Positions 1-9,633 of a DNA stretch of 64,000 bases are shown here, one piece after another. The DNA comes from Candidatus Latescibacterota bacterium (GTDB lineage Bacteria > Latescibacterota > UBA2968), in contig OZ242311.1 in the NCBI GenBank assembly GCA_965207885.1, positions 64,001 through 128,000 of the forward strand. Reading direction: 5' to 3'. Each line of letters begins with the position of its first letter. The first letter of the stretch is position 1. Below the pieces are notes generated by a model that saw only the letters and a program-made list of their open reading frames with translations, made no database searches and was not told where the DNA came from. The translations under genes and the position numbers were made by a program.

Positions 1-653
1 GCCAGATAGTTGTATTCCGCAGCCAGTGTCACGGGACCCGTGGCATACATTCCCCAGGCATTGACGAGCGACTGTTCAAAACCACCCATATCTTCCCAGA
101 GATACGCGACCTTCGCCGTAAATGCTTCAACAGGTGTAAAAGCAACCTGTGCTTCAAAACCCAGATCGTCAAAACTGGTATCGGTCCCATCCCACACGCT
201 GGAGACAACAGAGCCAAAAAAGCCGACTTTGCCATTGCCAAAACCCACAGCAGCGCCATTTTGATAACCACCATAAACAAGTGTAGCAGAATAAGAATAT
301 TGATACAAACCTGTGGGTTCTGCAGTCTCCCAACCCGAACAACTCAAAAATTTACCGCCCGTAATGCTAACGCCATTCGGCGCTTTATAAGTCACAAAAG
401 CCTGCTCGAGATCAACAGAGCCACCACTGAGGCTATTGATATCGGCCTGGGCTGACAGCCCGTGTCCATAATTGTAAATAAAGTCAACTTCAAACTGATC
501 AAAAGACAGACTATTGGATTTGGTTGCCGTATCATACGTTGACGACATATCAAAAAATCCCGTAACCGTGAGGTTATCTGTAATTTTGATCTGAGCAAAT
601 GACGAAGTGGCGGAAAAAGCCAGCAGCGCGAGAAGCAGCAACAGTTTTTTCAT
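1..653 (-). CDS. Putative outer-membrane beta-barrel porin (partial, runs off the left edge)
   Basis: Translated by hand: ATG at 653 with AGGAG upstream, MKKLLLLALLAFSATSSFAQ signal peptide, then TVTGFFDMS...FDQFEVDF...LEQAFVTY...ITGGKF motifs typical of porins. Open to base 1, so absent from the ORF track. Confidence 0.75.
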   Translation of the reverse strand, partial: MKKLLLLLALLAFSATSSFAQIKITDNLTVTGFFDMSSTYDTATKSNSLSFDQFEVDFIYNYGHGLSAQADINSLSGGSVDLEQAFVTYKAPNGVSITGGKFLSCSGWETAEPTGLYQYSYSATLVYGGYQNGAAVGFGNGKVGFFGSVVSSVWDGTDTSFDDLGFEAQVAFTPVEAFTAKVAYLWEDMGGFEQSLVNAWGMYATGPVTLAAEYNYL

Positions 654-704
654 TTTTTTCTCCTGTTTTGCGGGCGGAGCAATCCAATAGCCCCGCCCAA
701 ATTT

Positions 705-1970
705 TTACTGACCGAGCATATAGGTGCCCATGTACTTGACATGATCGCAATCTTTGTCCGCACTCGTGATATCGTCCCAGGGATCGGGAGCGACGAGGCC
801 ATCGGTCTCATATACAATCTTGAATTGACCGTTCTTGCGGATCTCGCCAATCAGCACGGGCTTGTGCAAATGGTGATTCACCGGATCCATCATCACCGTA
901 CCCCCCGGACCGTCAAACTTGAGGCTGTAAAGCGCGGGACGCACGGCATCGACATCAAAAGAACCGGCTTTTTCCACTGCAGCTTTCCACAGATAAACAC
1001 CCACATAAGACCACACAATGGGATCATCGGTAACCCGCTTGGCACCACCGGGCAACCCATTTGCCGCGCAATAATCCTTAAACTTCTTCACAAATGCGCG
1101 ATTGTCCGCAGAGGAAATAGATTGGAAGTAATTCCAGGCAGCCAGATGACCGACGAGAAACTCCGTATCCATCGAACGCAATTCATCTTCAGCAACAGAA
1201 AACGCCATAATCGGGCACATCGCCGATGTGAGACCCTGGTTGGCAAATTCCTTATAGAACGGAACATTGGAATCGCCATTGATAGTGGATAAGACAGCAG
1301 CGTCGCCATTTGCGGCAAAGCGCTTGATCTTCTGAACTATGGTCTGATAGTCCTGATGGTGAAAAGGCGTATATTCTTCAATAATATTTTCTTCAGGCAC
1401 ACCCTTGTGCAGCAAGAAAGCGCGAAGAATCTTATTCGCGGTACGCGGGAAAACATAGTCCGTACCCAGCAGATAAAACTTTTTATAACCGCCCCCTTCT
1501 TCACTCATCAGATATTCAGCAGCGGGAATCAGTTGCTGGTTGGGCGTAGCACCGGTATAAATAATATTGCGAGAACACTCCTCCCCTTCGTATTGAACCG
1601 GATAAAAAAGCAAACCATTGCTCTCTTCAAAAACCGGCAAAACAGACTTGCGCGAAACCGAAGTCCAGCACCCAAAAGTCACGGCGACCTTCTCCTCCCG
1701 AAGCAGCATTTTGGCTTTCTCGGCAAACAGATCCCAGTCCGATGCCGGATCGACAACCACGGGTTCAATCTTCTTCCCCAGCACGCCGCCACTGGCATTG
1801 ATCTCCCCAACAGCCATAAGCACGACATCGCGCAGTGAAACCTCAGAGATCGCCATGGTCCCACTCAGAGAGTGCAACACGCCGAGCTTAACCGTCTCCT
1901 CCGCGTGAACACTAAGACCTGTGGTACATAGCAATGCAGCGACAAACAAAATATTCAAAAACTTTTTCAT
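705..1970 (-). CDS. urtA: Urea ABC transporter substrate-binding protein
   Basis: VKLGVLHSLSGTMAISE, FGCWTSVSRKSVLP, YPVQYEGEE, GTDYVFPR, AAWNYFQS motifs. Signal peptide from ATG 1970, with GGAGG upstream. Confidence 0.93.
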   Translation of the reverse strand: MKKFLNILFVAALLCTTGLSVHAEETVKLGVLHSLSGTMAISEVSLRDVVLMAVGEINASGGVLGKKIEPVVVDPASDWDLFAEKAKMLLREEKVAVTFGCWTSVSRKSVLPVFEESNGLLFYPVQYEGEECSRNIIYTGATPNQQLIPAAEYLMSEEGGGYKKFYLLGTDYVFPRTANKILRAFLLHKGVPEENIIEEYTPFHHQDYQTIVQKIKRFAANGDAAVLSTINGDSNVPFYKEFANQGLTSAMCPIMAFSVAEDELRSMDTEFLVGHLAAWNYFQSISSADNRAFVKKFKDYCAANGLPGGAKRVTDDPIVWSYVGVYLWKAAVEKAGSFDVDAVRPALYSLKFDGPGGTVMMDPVNHHLHKPVLIGEIRKNGQFKIVYETDGLVAPDPWDDITSADKDCDHVKYMGTYMLGQ

Positions 1971-2079
1971 ACGCGTGATACCTCCATCCAGTGTGTAGTT
2001 TGTGATACATCGAAAAAACAAAATCTTCTTAACGAATAGGTTAGCCTACAAAAAGCCTCCTTTCGATGAGCTATCAGCG

Positions 2080-2125
2080 AGACCTATCCCCCCGGCCCCC
2101 TTTCCTACGAGGAAAGGGGGAGCAA
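2080..2125. repeat. Dispersed REP-like palindromic element (copy 1)
   Basis: agacctatccccccggccccctttcctacgaggaaagggggagcaa forms a hairpin; a reverse-complement relative lies at 44863-44902. Confidence 0.7.
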
Positions 2126-2359
2126 GGCTTTCCTAAAAACCTTGCACCGATGGTTGCTTTCATTGTGACGGGCAAAAAGTTACATTTAAATTATTTCAAA
2201 AAGATTAAACAGAGATAAACTCGATATTTCTTTATTTTTTTATTTTCAGACAGAATTTTAAGACAGCACCCTTTTTCAACGTGGATTTTCTGCTATATTT
2301 CGAATATCTTAAAACATGGCCGTTGACTTCCTCAATACCATTAAATCAATGAGGCTTCC

Positions 2360-2767
2360 ATGACAATCCCAGAACGAATTGACGAATTTCTCAAAGGAAA
2401 AGCATTCGGCGTTGTCGGCGCATCGCGAGACCGGGCAAAATACGGCAACAAGATCTTGCGGTGTTATCTACAGCACGGATTGACCGCTTATCCCATCAAC
2501 CCCAAAGAGGCAGAAATTGAAGGACAACCCTGTTTCCCCGATATAGATTCACTCCCTGAACCCGTTCACGGCATCTCAATCATCACACCACCTCCCGTGA
2601 CAGAAACCATAATCCCTCAAGCTCATGAAGCGGGCATTCAACACGTGTGGATGCAACCCGGTGCTGAGAGCACAACCGCAATTTCAATGGGAGAAGAATT
2701 GGGACTTTCGGTTATCGGCGACGGCTCGTGTCTGCTCGTTGTATTGGGCTATCGAGAAGATGGATAA
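2360..2767 (+). CDS. CoA-binding protein (YccU/YneT-like)
   Basis: VVGASRDRAKYG, YPINP and VWMQPG motifs. Confidence 0.88.
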   Translation: MTIPERIDEFLKGKAFGVVGASRDRAKYGNKILRCYLQHGLTAYPINPKEAEIEGQPCFPDIDSLPEPVHGISIITPPPVTETIIPQAHEAGIQHVWMQPGAESTTAISMGEELGLSVIGDGSCLLVVLGYREDG

Positions 2768-2772
2768 AAAAG

Positions 2773-3912
2773 ATGAAACTTTGCCTATTTTTAATCTTCT
2801 ATTTTCTCGCTATTGGGCTTTGTCAAGCCAACGACAGTATTGAAACAGCCAAAGCGCAAACCTATGAAGCCATTGACCTGCACCCATTGAGAGACGGGAT
2901 GAGTCACTGGCGCAAGCGATATGGACGCGACCGCAACGATCCGATGTACGATCCCTCGCAAATTGTCCATATTGCCGAAAACATGCTCGCTTACCAGAAC
3001 GCAGATGGTGGTTGGCCCAATAATATAGATTGGCAGGCGCAGATTGACCCCGACACAGTCAGAGCGATCAAAGGCGAACGGCGGATGGTCAGCACATTTG
3101 ACAATCACAACACGTACTCACAGATTGATTATCTGGCAAAAGTGTACATTGCGACTGACCTGGATCGATATCGCAATGCAGTCGAACGGGGTCTGGACTA
3201 TATATTCCGCGAGCAACAACCCACAGGTGGATGGCGCGGTTGGGATGTAGATGCCATTACTTATAATGACGGCGTAATGATTGGCATAATGACCCTGTTG
3301 AAAGATATCGCAGACCGCAAGCCTCAATTTGCATGGACAAGCCATGAACTACACGCCAAAGCCAAAGCCGCACTGCACCGGGCGATTGCTGTAACCCTGA
3401 AATGCCAGATCGTCGTCAAAGGCAAAAAAACGGGATGGAGTCAGCAACACGACCATATAACTTATAAACCCGTAAAAGCGCGCACTTATGAACTGCCGTC
3501 CATTACAGCGGGACAAACGGCGAAGATCGTGCATTTTTTAATGCGTATTGAAAATCCGAGCTCCGAGATAATAGATGCAATCGAAACTGCGGTACAATGG
3601 TTTCAAGAGGCAAAAATAGAAGGCATTCGACTAAAACGCATCGAAATAGACCCCACGCGCTTTAGAAATCACACAGCGACCACAGACCTGATCGTCGTCA
3701 AAGACCCGGACGCCCCGCCTTTGTGGGCGCGCTTTCACGAAATAGGTACAAACCGCCCCTTTATGGCCAACCGGGACGGCAACAAAGTCTATTCTCTATC
3801 ACAGGTCGCCCTGGAAAGACGAACCGGATATGCGTGGTATGGCTACTGGCCCGCGCGAATTCTGGAAAAAGATTATCCTATTTGGAAAAATAAAAACAGG
3901 AGACAAAAATGA
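2773..3912 (+). CDS. Pectate lyase, family PL10 (PelA-like), secreted
   Basis: YQNADGGWP, STFDN, ITYNDGVM, WSQQHD, ARTYELPS, LWARF, ERRTGYAWY motifs. Signal peptide from ATG 2773. Confidence 0.9.
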   Translation: MKLCLFLIFYFLAIGLCQANDSIETAKAQTYEAIDLHPLRDGMSHWRKRYGRDRNDPMYDPSQIVHIAENMLAYQNADGGWPNNIDWQAQIDPDTVRAIKGERRMVSTFDNHNTYSQIDYLAKVYIATDLDRYRNAVERGLDYIFREQQPTGGWRGWDVDAITYNDGVMIGIMTLLKDIADRKPQFAWTSHELHAKAKAALHRAIAVTLKCQIVVKGKKTGWSQQHDHITYKPVKARTYELPSITAGQTAKIVHFLMRIENPSSEIIDAIETAVQWFQEAKIEGIRLKRIEIDPTRFRNHTATTDLIVVKDPDAPPLWARFHEIGTNRPFMANRDGNKVYSLSQVALERRTGYAWYGYWPARILEKDYPIWKNKNRRQK

Positions 3913-4844
3913 TCTATAGAACATTTGGCAAAACGGGATGGCGCGTTTCCGTCGTAGGACTGGGCACATGGAACCTGGGCAACCAGTGGGGCGAGTTGAG
4001 CGATCAGGAGGCAACCGATATTATATTAGCCGCGATTGACAATGGCATGAACCTGCTGGACGCCGCCGAATCCTATGGCATCCCCAACGGCATGAGCGAA
4101 TTGCGCATTGGCAAAACCCTGACACCATCCATGCGCGACAAGTTGGTCATCGTAAGCAAAATCGGCAACTGGGGGAGTCGCACCGGGGCACCTGTGCCAA
4201 AAACAGGCGTTGATGCCATTCGCCTGTGCGGACACGCCTGCCTGGGCCGCATGCAAACCGACCGAATCGACGTCATGTTATGCCATGAAGGTAGCATTGA
4301 AGACCCAACCGTGTACATCGAAGGATTTGATATCCTGTGCAAAGAGGGATTTGTTCGCGCCTATGGCATCTCGACAAATAGTCTGGATGTGCTGAAAAAC
4401 TTCTACGAAATATCGAACGGCATCTGCGCCGTAGTAGAAGTGGATTATTCCCTGATCAATCGCGAACCAGAAGCGGGATTTCTCGATTACTGCACAGAAA
4501 AAAATCTGGGCATCCTCGTGCGAGGCCCATTGGCCAAAGGCGTCTTATCCGGCAAATACAACCGCGAAAGCGTATTTGCCGACACCGTGCGCGACGACTG
4601 GAACCCGGGACAATCCGATCGCGAAGAATACGAAGACATGCTCGACAAGCTGGAAGCCATCAGACAAACCATTGGAGACGACTCAAAACTGGTAGAAACC
4701 GCTCTCCGGTATGTCATCTCGCACAAATCCAATCCCATTGTCATCCCCGGCGCAACAAAAGTCGAACAAGTCATAGACAATGCGCGAGCAGGTGCCGCCT
4801 TACTGGATGAAGATCTGTATCGGAAATTGGGAGGAAACATCTAA
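3909..4844 (+). CDS. Aldo/keto reductase
   Basis: GKTGWRVSVVGLGTW, D..ESYG, SKIG, PLAKGVLSGK, VIPGA motifs. Confidence 0.92.
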   Translation: MIYRTFGKTGWRVSVVGLGTWNLGNQWGELSDQEATDIILAAIDNGMNLLDAAESYGIPNGMSELRIGKTLTPSMRDKLVIVSKIGNWGSRTGAPVPKTGVDAIRLCGHACLGRMQTDRIDVMLCHEGSIEDPTVYIEGFDILCKEGFVRAYGISTNSLDVLKNFYEISNGICAVVEVDYSLINREPEAGFLDYCTEKNLGILVRGPLAKGVLSGKYNRESVFADTVRDDWNPGQSDREEYEDMLDKLEAIRQTIGDDSKLVETALRYVISHKSNPIVIPGATKVEQVIDNARAGAALLDEDLYRKLGGNI

Positions 4845-5833
4845 TGCAAACACGGGTTCCTTTTGAAAAATTAAAAGACGCATTTGTCGCGGCGCTCCTG
4901 AAGGCAGAATTATCACAGGACCGCGCGGAATTGTGCGGGCGATTATTCGCAGAAAATCAGCGCGACGGTGTCTATTCTCACGGCCTGAACCGATTTCCCG
5001 GGCTACTGGCAAAACTGAGCGAAGGGCGATTAGACGGCACAGCCGAACCCGAATGCGTAAACGCCCTCGGCGTCTTAGAACAATGGGATGGCAAAATGGG
5101 AATAGGGCTGGTCAATGCCCATCTCGCAATGGGACGCGCAATAGAACTCGCAAAAGCAAACGGCATGGGATGCGTGGGCTTGCGCAACACCAACCACTGG
5201 ATGCGCGCTGGAGCTTATGGCCTGCAAGCCGCCGACGCGGGATGCATCGGCATGTGCTGGACAAATACAACCCCGCTCATGCCGCCCTGGGGTGCAACGG
5301 AAAAACGCATTGGAAACAACCCGATGACAATGGCCATCCCGAGAAAAGAGGGACACATCCTCCTGGACATGGCGATGAGCCAGTATTCCAATGGCAAACT
5401 GGAAGTCTTACAAGCGCGAGGAGAGACCCTGCCCATCGCCGGAGGATTTGATACAGAGGGCAATCTGACATGCGACCCCGGTGCCATACTCGATTCAAAA
5501 CGCGCCCTCCCAATCGGCTACTGGAAAGGATCGGCACTCGCGATCGTACTCGACACCCTCGCCGCGCTATTATCAGCTGGTCAAACAACGCACGACATCG
5601 GCGCACAGGGCGATGAACACGCCGTATCGCAAACCTATATTGCAATTGACGTCACATCATTAAACGGACGTGAACTATGTGAACGCATTGTAAACGGCAT
5701 CATTGACGACCTGCATGAAGTTCACGAATCCGCGCGCTATCCCGGCGAAGGCATGTTGCGAACGCGACGCGAGAGTCTGGAGAAAGGGGTGGTGGTAGAG
5801 GAGGATCAGTGGGAGGAATTATTGAGGATATAA
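4844..5833 (+). CDS. yiaK: 3-dehydro-L-gulonate 2-dehydrogenase / 2,3-diketo-L-gulonate reductase
   Basis: DGVYSHGLNRFP, EQWDG, LRNTNHWMR, IGNNP, DMAMSQYS.GKLE, LPIGYWKGS and RYPG motifs match YiaK/DlgD. Confidence 0.92.
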   Translation: MQTRVPFEKLKDAFVAALLKAELSQDRAELCGRLFAENQRDGVYSHGLNRFPGLLAKLSEGRLDGTAEPECVNALGVLEQWDGKMGIGLVNAHLAMGRAIELAKANGMGCVGLRNTNHWMRAGAYGLQAADAGCIGMCWTNTTPLMPPWGATEKRIGNNPMTMAIPRKEGHILLDMAMSQYSNGKLEVLQARGETLPIAGGFDTEGNLTCDPGAILDSKRALPIGYWKGSALAIVLDTLAALLSAGQTTHDIGAQGDEHAVSQTYIAIDVTSLNGRELCERIVNGIIDDLHEVHESARYPGEGMLRTRRESLEKGVVVEEDQWEELLRI

Positions 5834-5854
5834 CCATTTTTCAGGAGCATTTTT

Positions 5855-6703
5855 ATGTCTAACCCATTATTACCCACGACCAATGCCGACGGCTTGCCCG
5901 TCGCGCCCATGAGTGAAGAGCAGAAATACACATTTGACCTCAAGGGATGGATCTGCTTACCCGGCTTGCTCAGTGAAGAAGAACTCATCCCCATACGCGA
6001 ACACCAGATGAAACTTCTGAACGAAAGCGAATCACTGCCCCCTGATGAACGCGACAATCACGGCGGCGCATCGCAAATACTACTCGACCACCCGGCTGTG
6101 GTCGGTGTATTAAACGAAATCATCTCACATCAGGCACTGGCAACCGAAGACTGCTACGGATTTCGGTTCGACCATACGTACACCAGCCATCGACGAGCCG
6201 GTCACGACAACTTCCGACCCCATGGCGGGGGTGGATACTTCAACTTCTGCGGTAACTCACACATCTATCAAATGCAACCCGGGAAAATTCACGCGGGATT
6301 GATCCGCGTCGTCTGGGAATTAAATGAAGTGCGAAAAGGCGACGGCACCATGTTCTTATCGGGCAGTCACAAAGCCGCATTCCCGCGACCCGAAACCCTG
6401 AGCGGACGCGAAAGCGACCTGTGGGACACGTATTCCTGCGTTGCGGGATCCGCAGTAATCTTCACCGAAGCCCTGTGCCATACGGGCACTACATGGGGCA
6501 ACGAAGAATGGGACCGATTGAGCCTATTCACCTGTTACAACACCGTAAATGCAAAATGGGGCAAAAAATGTCCACCGCCTGAAGTCATTGCCGCCATGCC
6601 CCCAAAGCGCCAAACCCTGTTCCGCGGCGTCTGGCACGGCATGCGCGAAATACCAAATGTGAATAAATACTACGACGAAGCTAATATCGGACGCTACGTA
6701 TAA
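5855..6703 (+). CDS. Phytanoyl-CoA dioxygenase (PhyH) family protein
   Basis: KYTFDLKGW, PHGG, VVWEL, FLSGSHKA, AGSAVIFTEALCHTG motifs. Confidence 0.8.
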   Translation: MSNPLLPTTNADGLPVAPMSEEQKYTFDLKGWICLPGLLSEEELIPIREHQMKLLNESESLPPDERDNHGGASQILLDHPAVVGVLNEIISHQALATEDCYGFRFDHTYTSHRRAGHDNFRPHGGGGYFNFCGNSHIYQMQPGKIHAGLIRVVWELNEVRKGDGTMFLSGSHKAAFPRPETLSGRESDLWDTYSCVAGSAVIFTEALCHTGTTWGNEEWDRLSLFTCYNTVNAKWGKKCPPPEVIAAMPPKRQTLFRGVWHGMREIPNVNKYYDEANIGRYV

Positions 6704-6717
6704 AACAGGAGTAACCC

Positions 6718-7362
6718 ATGAACGTATTGATCACCTCGGGCAAAACAGCACTATCCCGGGCACTATCAGCAGAATTGGCAAAAGAACACAACGTCGTCCT
6801 GACAGATCTCGTAGATGTAGAAACAGATTGCGACTTTGTTAAATGCGAACTCGGGCACGAAGGAGAAACAGAAACCCTCGTACAGAGAATGGACGCCATA
6901 GTGCACCTCGCGGAACTGCCCGAAGAACTGAAAAGCGATGAACGGGAAATAGACTTTCAAACCCGATGTACTTATAACATCATGCACGCAGCACGGGAGA
7001 AAAACGTCCCCCACGTCATCTATATCAGTTCCCTCAGCCTATTCGCGTCATGCGACCCCAACTGGAATGTCACAGAAGTCTGGGCACCGCGACCCACAAC
7101 AGAGTCGGCACCCATGGCGCGCTACCTGGGTGAATTTACCTGCCGAGAATTTGCACGCGAGCACTCAGTCCGCGTAACCTGCCTGCGATTTGGAGATATA
7201 GACGGCGATGGCGACACAGCATTGACAACAGAAGACGCGGTAAAAGCCATCGGCAAGGCACTGGTAAAAAACGGACCCATGTGGCAGGTATTACACGTAC
7301 AATCAGACGTTGCAAATGCCCGGTTCCCCACAAATCAGGCAAAGCAAACACTGGGACTTTAA
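6718..7362 (+). CDS. NAD(P)-dependent epimerase/dehydrogenase (uronate dehydrogenase-like; degenerate Gly-rich loop)
   Basis: MNVLITSG, DAIVHLA, TYNIMHAA, YISS, VTCLRFG motifs. Confidence 0.7.
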   Translation: MNVLITSGKTALSRALSAELAKEHNVVLTDLVDVETDCDFVKCELGHEGETETLVQRMDAIVHLAELPEELKSDEREIDFQTRCTYNIMHAAREKNVPHVIYISSLSLFASCDPNWNVTEVWAPRPTTESAPMARYLGEFTCREFAREHSVRVTCLRFGDIDGDGDTALTTEDAVKAIGKALVKNGPMWQVLHVQSDVANARFPTNQAKQTLGL

Positions 7363-7375
7363 CAATGAGGTAAAC

Positions 7376-8098
7376 ATGAAAGTTGTAATCTACGGAAGCA
7401 ATGGCCAGTTGGGACCGCATGTGGTCAAAGCTCTGGAAGGACATGTGGATCTGCGCTTAACCGACCTGGAGCCATTTGACACCCCACACGAAATGATGAT
7501 CGTAGATGTATCAGACCCCGATGCGGTCGCGCGCGCGGCAGAGGGCATGGACGCAATCGTCAACCTATCGGTCTTGCGCCCCCACCGACAGATCGCCTTT
7601 GATGTCAACACCCTGGGATGCTACAACATCATGCGCGCAGCAGTTGCACACCGAATCCCGAGGGTCATCAACACAGGACCGCACTTCACCGTACAGGGCG
7701 CACCCTACGAGGCATTGGATTACAACATCGGTCCCGATGTCCCCCCCAAACCCAGCACAAACCTATACGCCCTATCCAAGGGCCTGGGCCAAGAAATCTG
7801 CCGAATCTTCACCACACAGAGCGATGTCTATGTACTGTGTTACTTATTCTACATCTTCTGCTATCACGACGACCTGTCAAGACCCGGCCTGAACCGCCCG
7901 TTCCTCGTAACCTGGCGCGATGCTTCAGCGGCATTCTTGCCGGGCCTGACCATCGACCTCAAAACCCTGCCATCGCAATGCGAAGTCTTCAACATCTTTG
8001 CAAACCGACCGCACCAGAAATTCTCAAACGAAAAAGCAAAGCGTATCTTGGGGTGGCAGCCGAAAGATGACCTGGCGCATACCTATACAAAAAAATAA
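7376..8098 (+). CDS. NAD(P)-dependent epimerase/dehydrogenase (uronate dehydrogenase-like)
   Basis: GSNGQLG, VNTLGCYN, YALSK (YxxxK) and KAKRILGWQP motifs. GAGG upstream of ATG 7376. Confidence 0.85.
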   Translation: MKVVIYGSNGQLGPHVVKALEGHVDLRLTDLEPFDTPHEMMIVDVSDPDAVARAAEGMDAIVNLSVLRPHRQIAFDVNTLGCYNIMRAAVAHRIPRVINTGPHFTVQGAPYEALDYNIGPDVPPKPSTNLYALSKGLGQEICRIFTTQSDVYVLCYLFYIFCYHDDLSRPGLNRPFLVTWRDASAAFLPGLTIDLKTLPSQCEVFNIFANRPHQKFSNEKAKRILGWQPKDDLAHTYTKK

Positions 8099-8153
8099 AA
8101 AATTCGACTTTGAAACCCGAAAAGGGATCGAAAAGACCAGTACAGCATCTGCT

Positions 8154-8405
8154 ATGACCATACCTGCAATTCATCCGGGAGAACACCTCGCCGAAGAGTT
8201 GAGAGCACTCGACCTGAGCGCAACATCACTCGCACGACGGATTGAGGTACCCACCACCCGAATCACTGAAATCCTCAACGGACGACGTGCAATTAATGGC
8301 GATATGGCCCTGAGATTGGCTCATTTTTTTCATACCAGTGCAGAATTCTGGCTAAATTTGCAGAAACTCTATGAGTTGCGAATTGCTGAGGAGAAAGTCC
8401 GATGA
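8154..8405 (+). CDS. higA: HigA-family addiction-module antitoxin (orphan, possibly truncated)
   Basis: IHPGEHLAEEL...RITEILNGRRAI..DMALRLA.FF.TSAEFWLNLQ..YEL. No toxin gene adjacent. Confidence 0.85.
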   Translation: MTIPAIHPGEHLAEELRALDLSATSLARRIEVPTTRITEILNGRRAINGDMALRLAHFFHTSAEFWLNLQKLYELRIAEEKVR

Positions 8406-8545
8406 TTACGTCGAGACACAGATTGCGAAAGCTGTTGCTGAAGTCAAGGGCAAATCATGAGACGCCTGTGCCATTTGTCGCCTATTACAAAGAATGCATG
8501 TGTAGCAACTTCTGCACTATCCACTAAAGCGAAGTAACTGCAACG

Positions 8546-9421
8546 ATGTTAATTAATGACCATAAAAAAATAATTAAAGTATATAAGGAAACATCTTTAT
8601 ATCTTCAAAACAATCCGAATCTTTCGGAGGAGCTTGAAATCTATATTTCCTCGTTTTATGAACTCAATGACCTGATTCCTCAGTACATTGACAGACTCGG
8701 ATCTGGCCACTTTTTTCCTTTTTTCGAGGCTTATACAGAACTCGAAAATTCAATTGAATTGAGCAAACAAGGCTTCTATCGCCATGCTCTTTTTTCTTTT
8801 AGAAACTCATTAGAGTTAGTAGTGATAGGTCTCTATTTTGATAGAGAGGATCAAGCGCACAAAGAAATTCGATCTTGGTTTACGTCTGATGATCCAACCC
8901 CACGTTTTAGTCGGATGCTCGATAAACTGCTTCAACTACCCAATTTTGCTATCTTCAGTGCTGAACGGCCGATGCGTGATGAAGTGAGACAACTTTATAG
9001 TGAACTTAGTGATTTTGTGCATATAAGAGGCTTTAGATATAGCTCCACAGGCCAAGGCAAAGTACATTTCAATAGTTTTAGTGAACAGGCTTTTTTGAGA
9101 AACATTTGTTTATTGAAGCAAATTGTACATTGTTGCATAAAACTGGTATTACTCAAGTACCCAATCGGTGTTCAAGAACTCCCACTATGGGAAAAATTTG
9201 GGTTCAATAAACCAATTGGAGGTTTTTTAGAATCACCTAACGTTGTCCTCCGTTTACTACCATCCTCTGATGTATGCCTTCTTCAAGAAATCAGTAACAA
9301 TGACTTGGAGGTACAAGAATTATCTGAAGAGATTCACAACATGCCTGATTTAACAGAGGAAGAAATAGATCTTCAACACCAAAGATATCGTCAAATGCAT
9401 AAAATCAGGGCGCATCATTGA
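8546..9421 (+). CDS. Hypothetical protein, possibly HEPN-like
   Basis: AT-rich 291-aa ORF. FRNSLE and LYSELSDFVH resemble HEPN/DUF5677-type motifs. Confidence 0.55.
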   Translation: MLINDHKKIIKVYKETSLYLQNNPNLSEELEIYISSFYELNDLIPQYIDRLGSGHFFPFFEAYTELENSIELSKQGFYRHALFSFRNSLELVVIGLYFDREDQAHKEIRSWFTSDDPTPRFSRMLDKLLQLPNFAIFSAERPMRDEVRQLYSELSDFVHIRGFRYSSTGQGKVHFNSFSEQAFLRNICLLKQIVHCCIKLVLLKYPIGVQELPLWEKFGFNKPIGGFLESPNVVLRLLPSSDVCLLQEISNNDLEVQELSEEIHNMPDLTEEEIDLQHQRYRQMHKIRAHH

Positions 9422-9633
9422 ATTAAAGCGCGACTTGGCCTGGACCAGTTGCACCTCGTCCCCAATGCAGGTTCTTGCCGCTTATCCCCCGATGCCGTAA
9501 TTTGTTAAAAAGGCAGCAATTGCCTATAATACGGAAACTCGAGTTGATTGATAACGACGTGATTTGACTCGGTCCAAGATTGAGAATCCGATGATCGTAT
9601 TATTTATATAATAGTCCTATAGTGGAGACATAC

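Noticed and set aside
2141-2158. NtrC or sigma54 site, or a guanidine riboswitch, upstream of urtA
   Set aside because: ttgcaccgatggttgc matches neither consensus in spacing or orientation, and I could not recognise riboswitch motifs; the main hairpin is the dispersed repeat.
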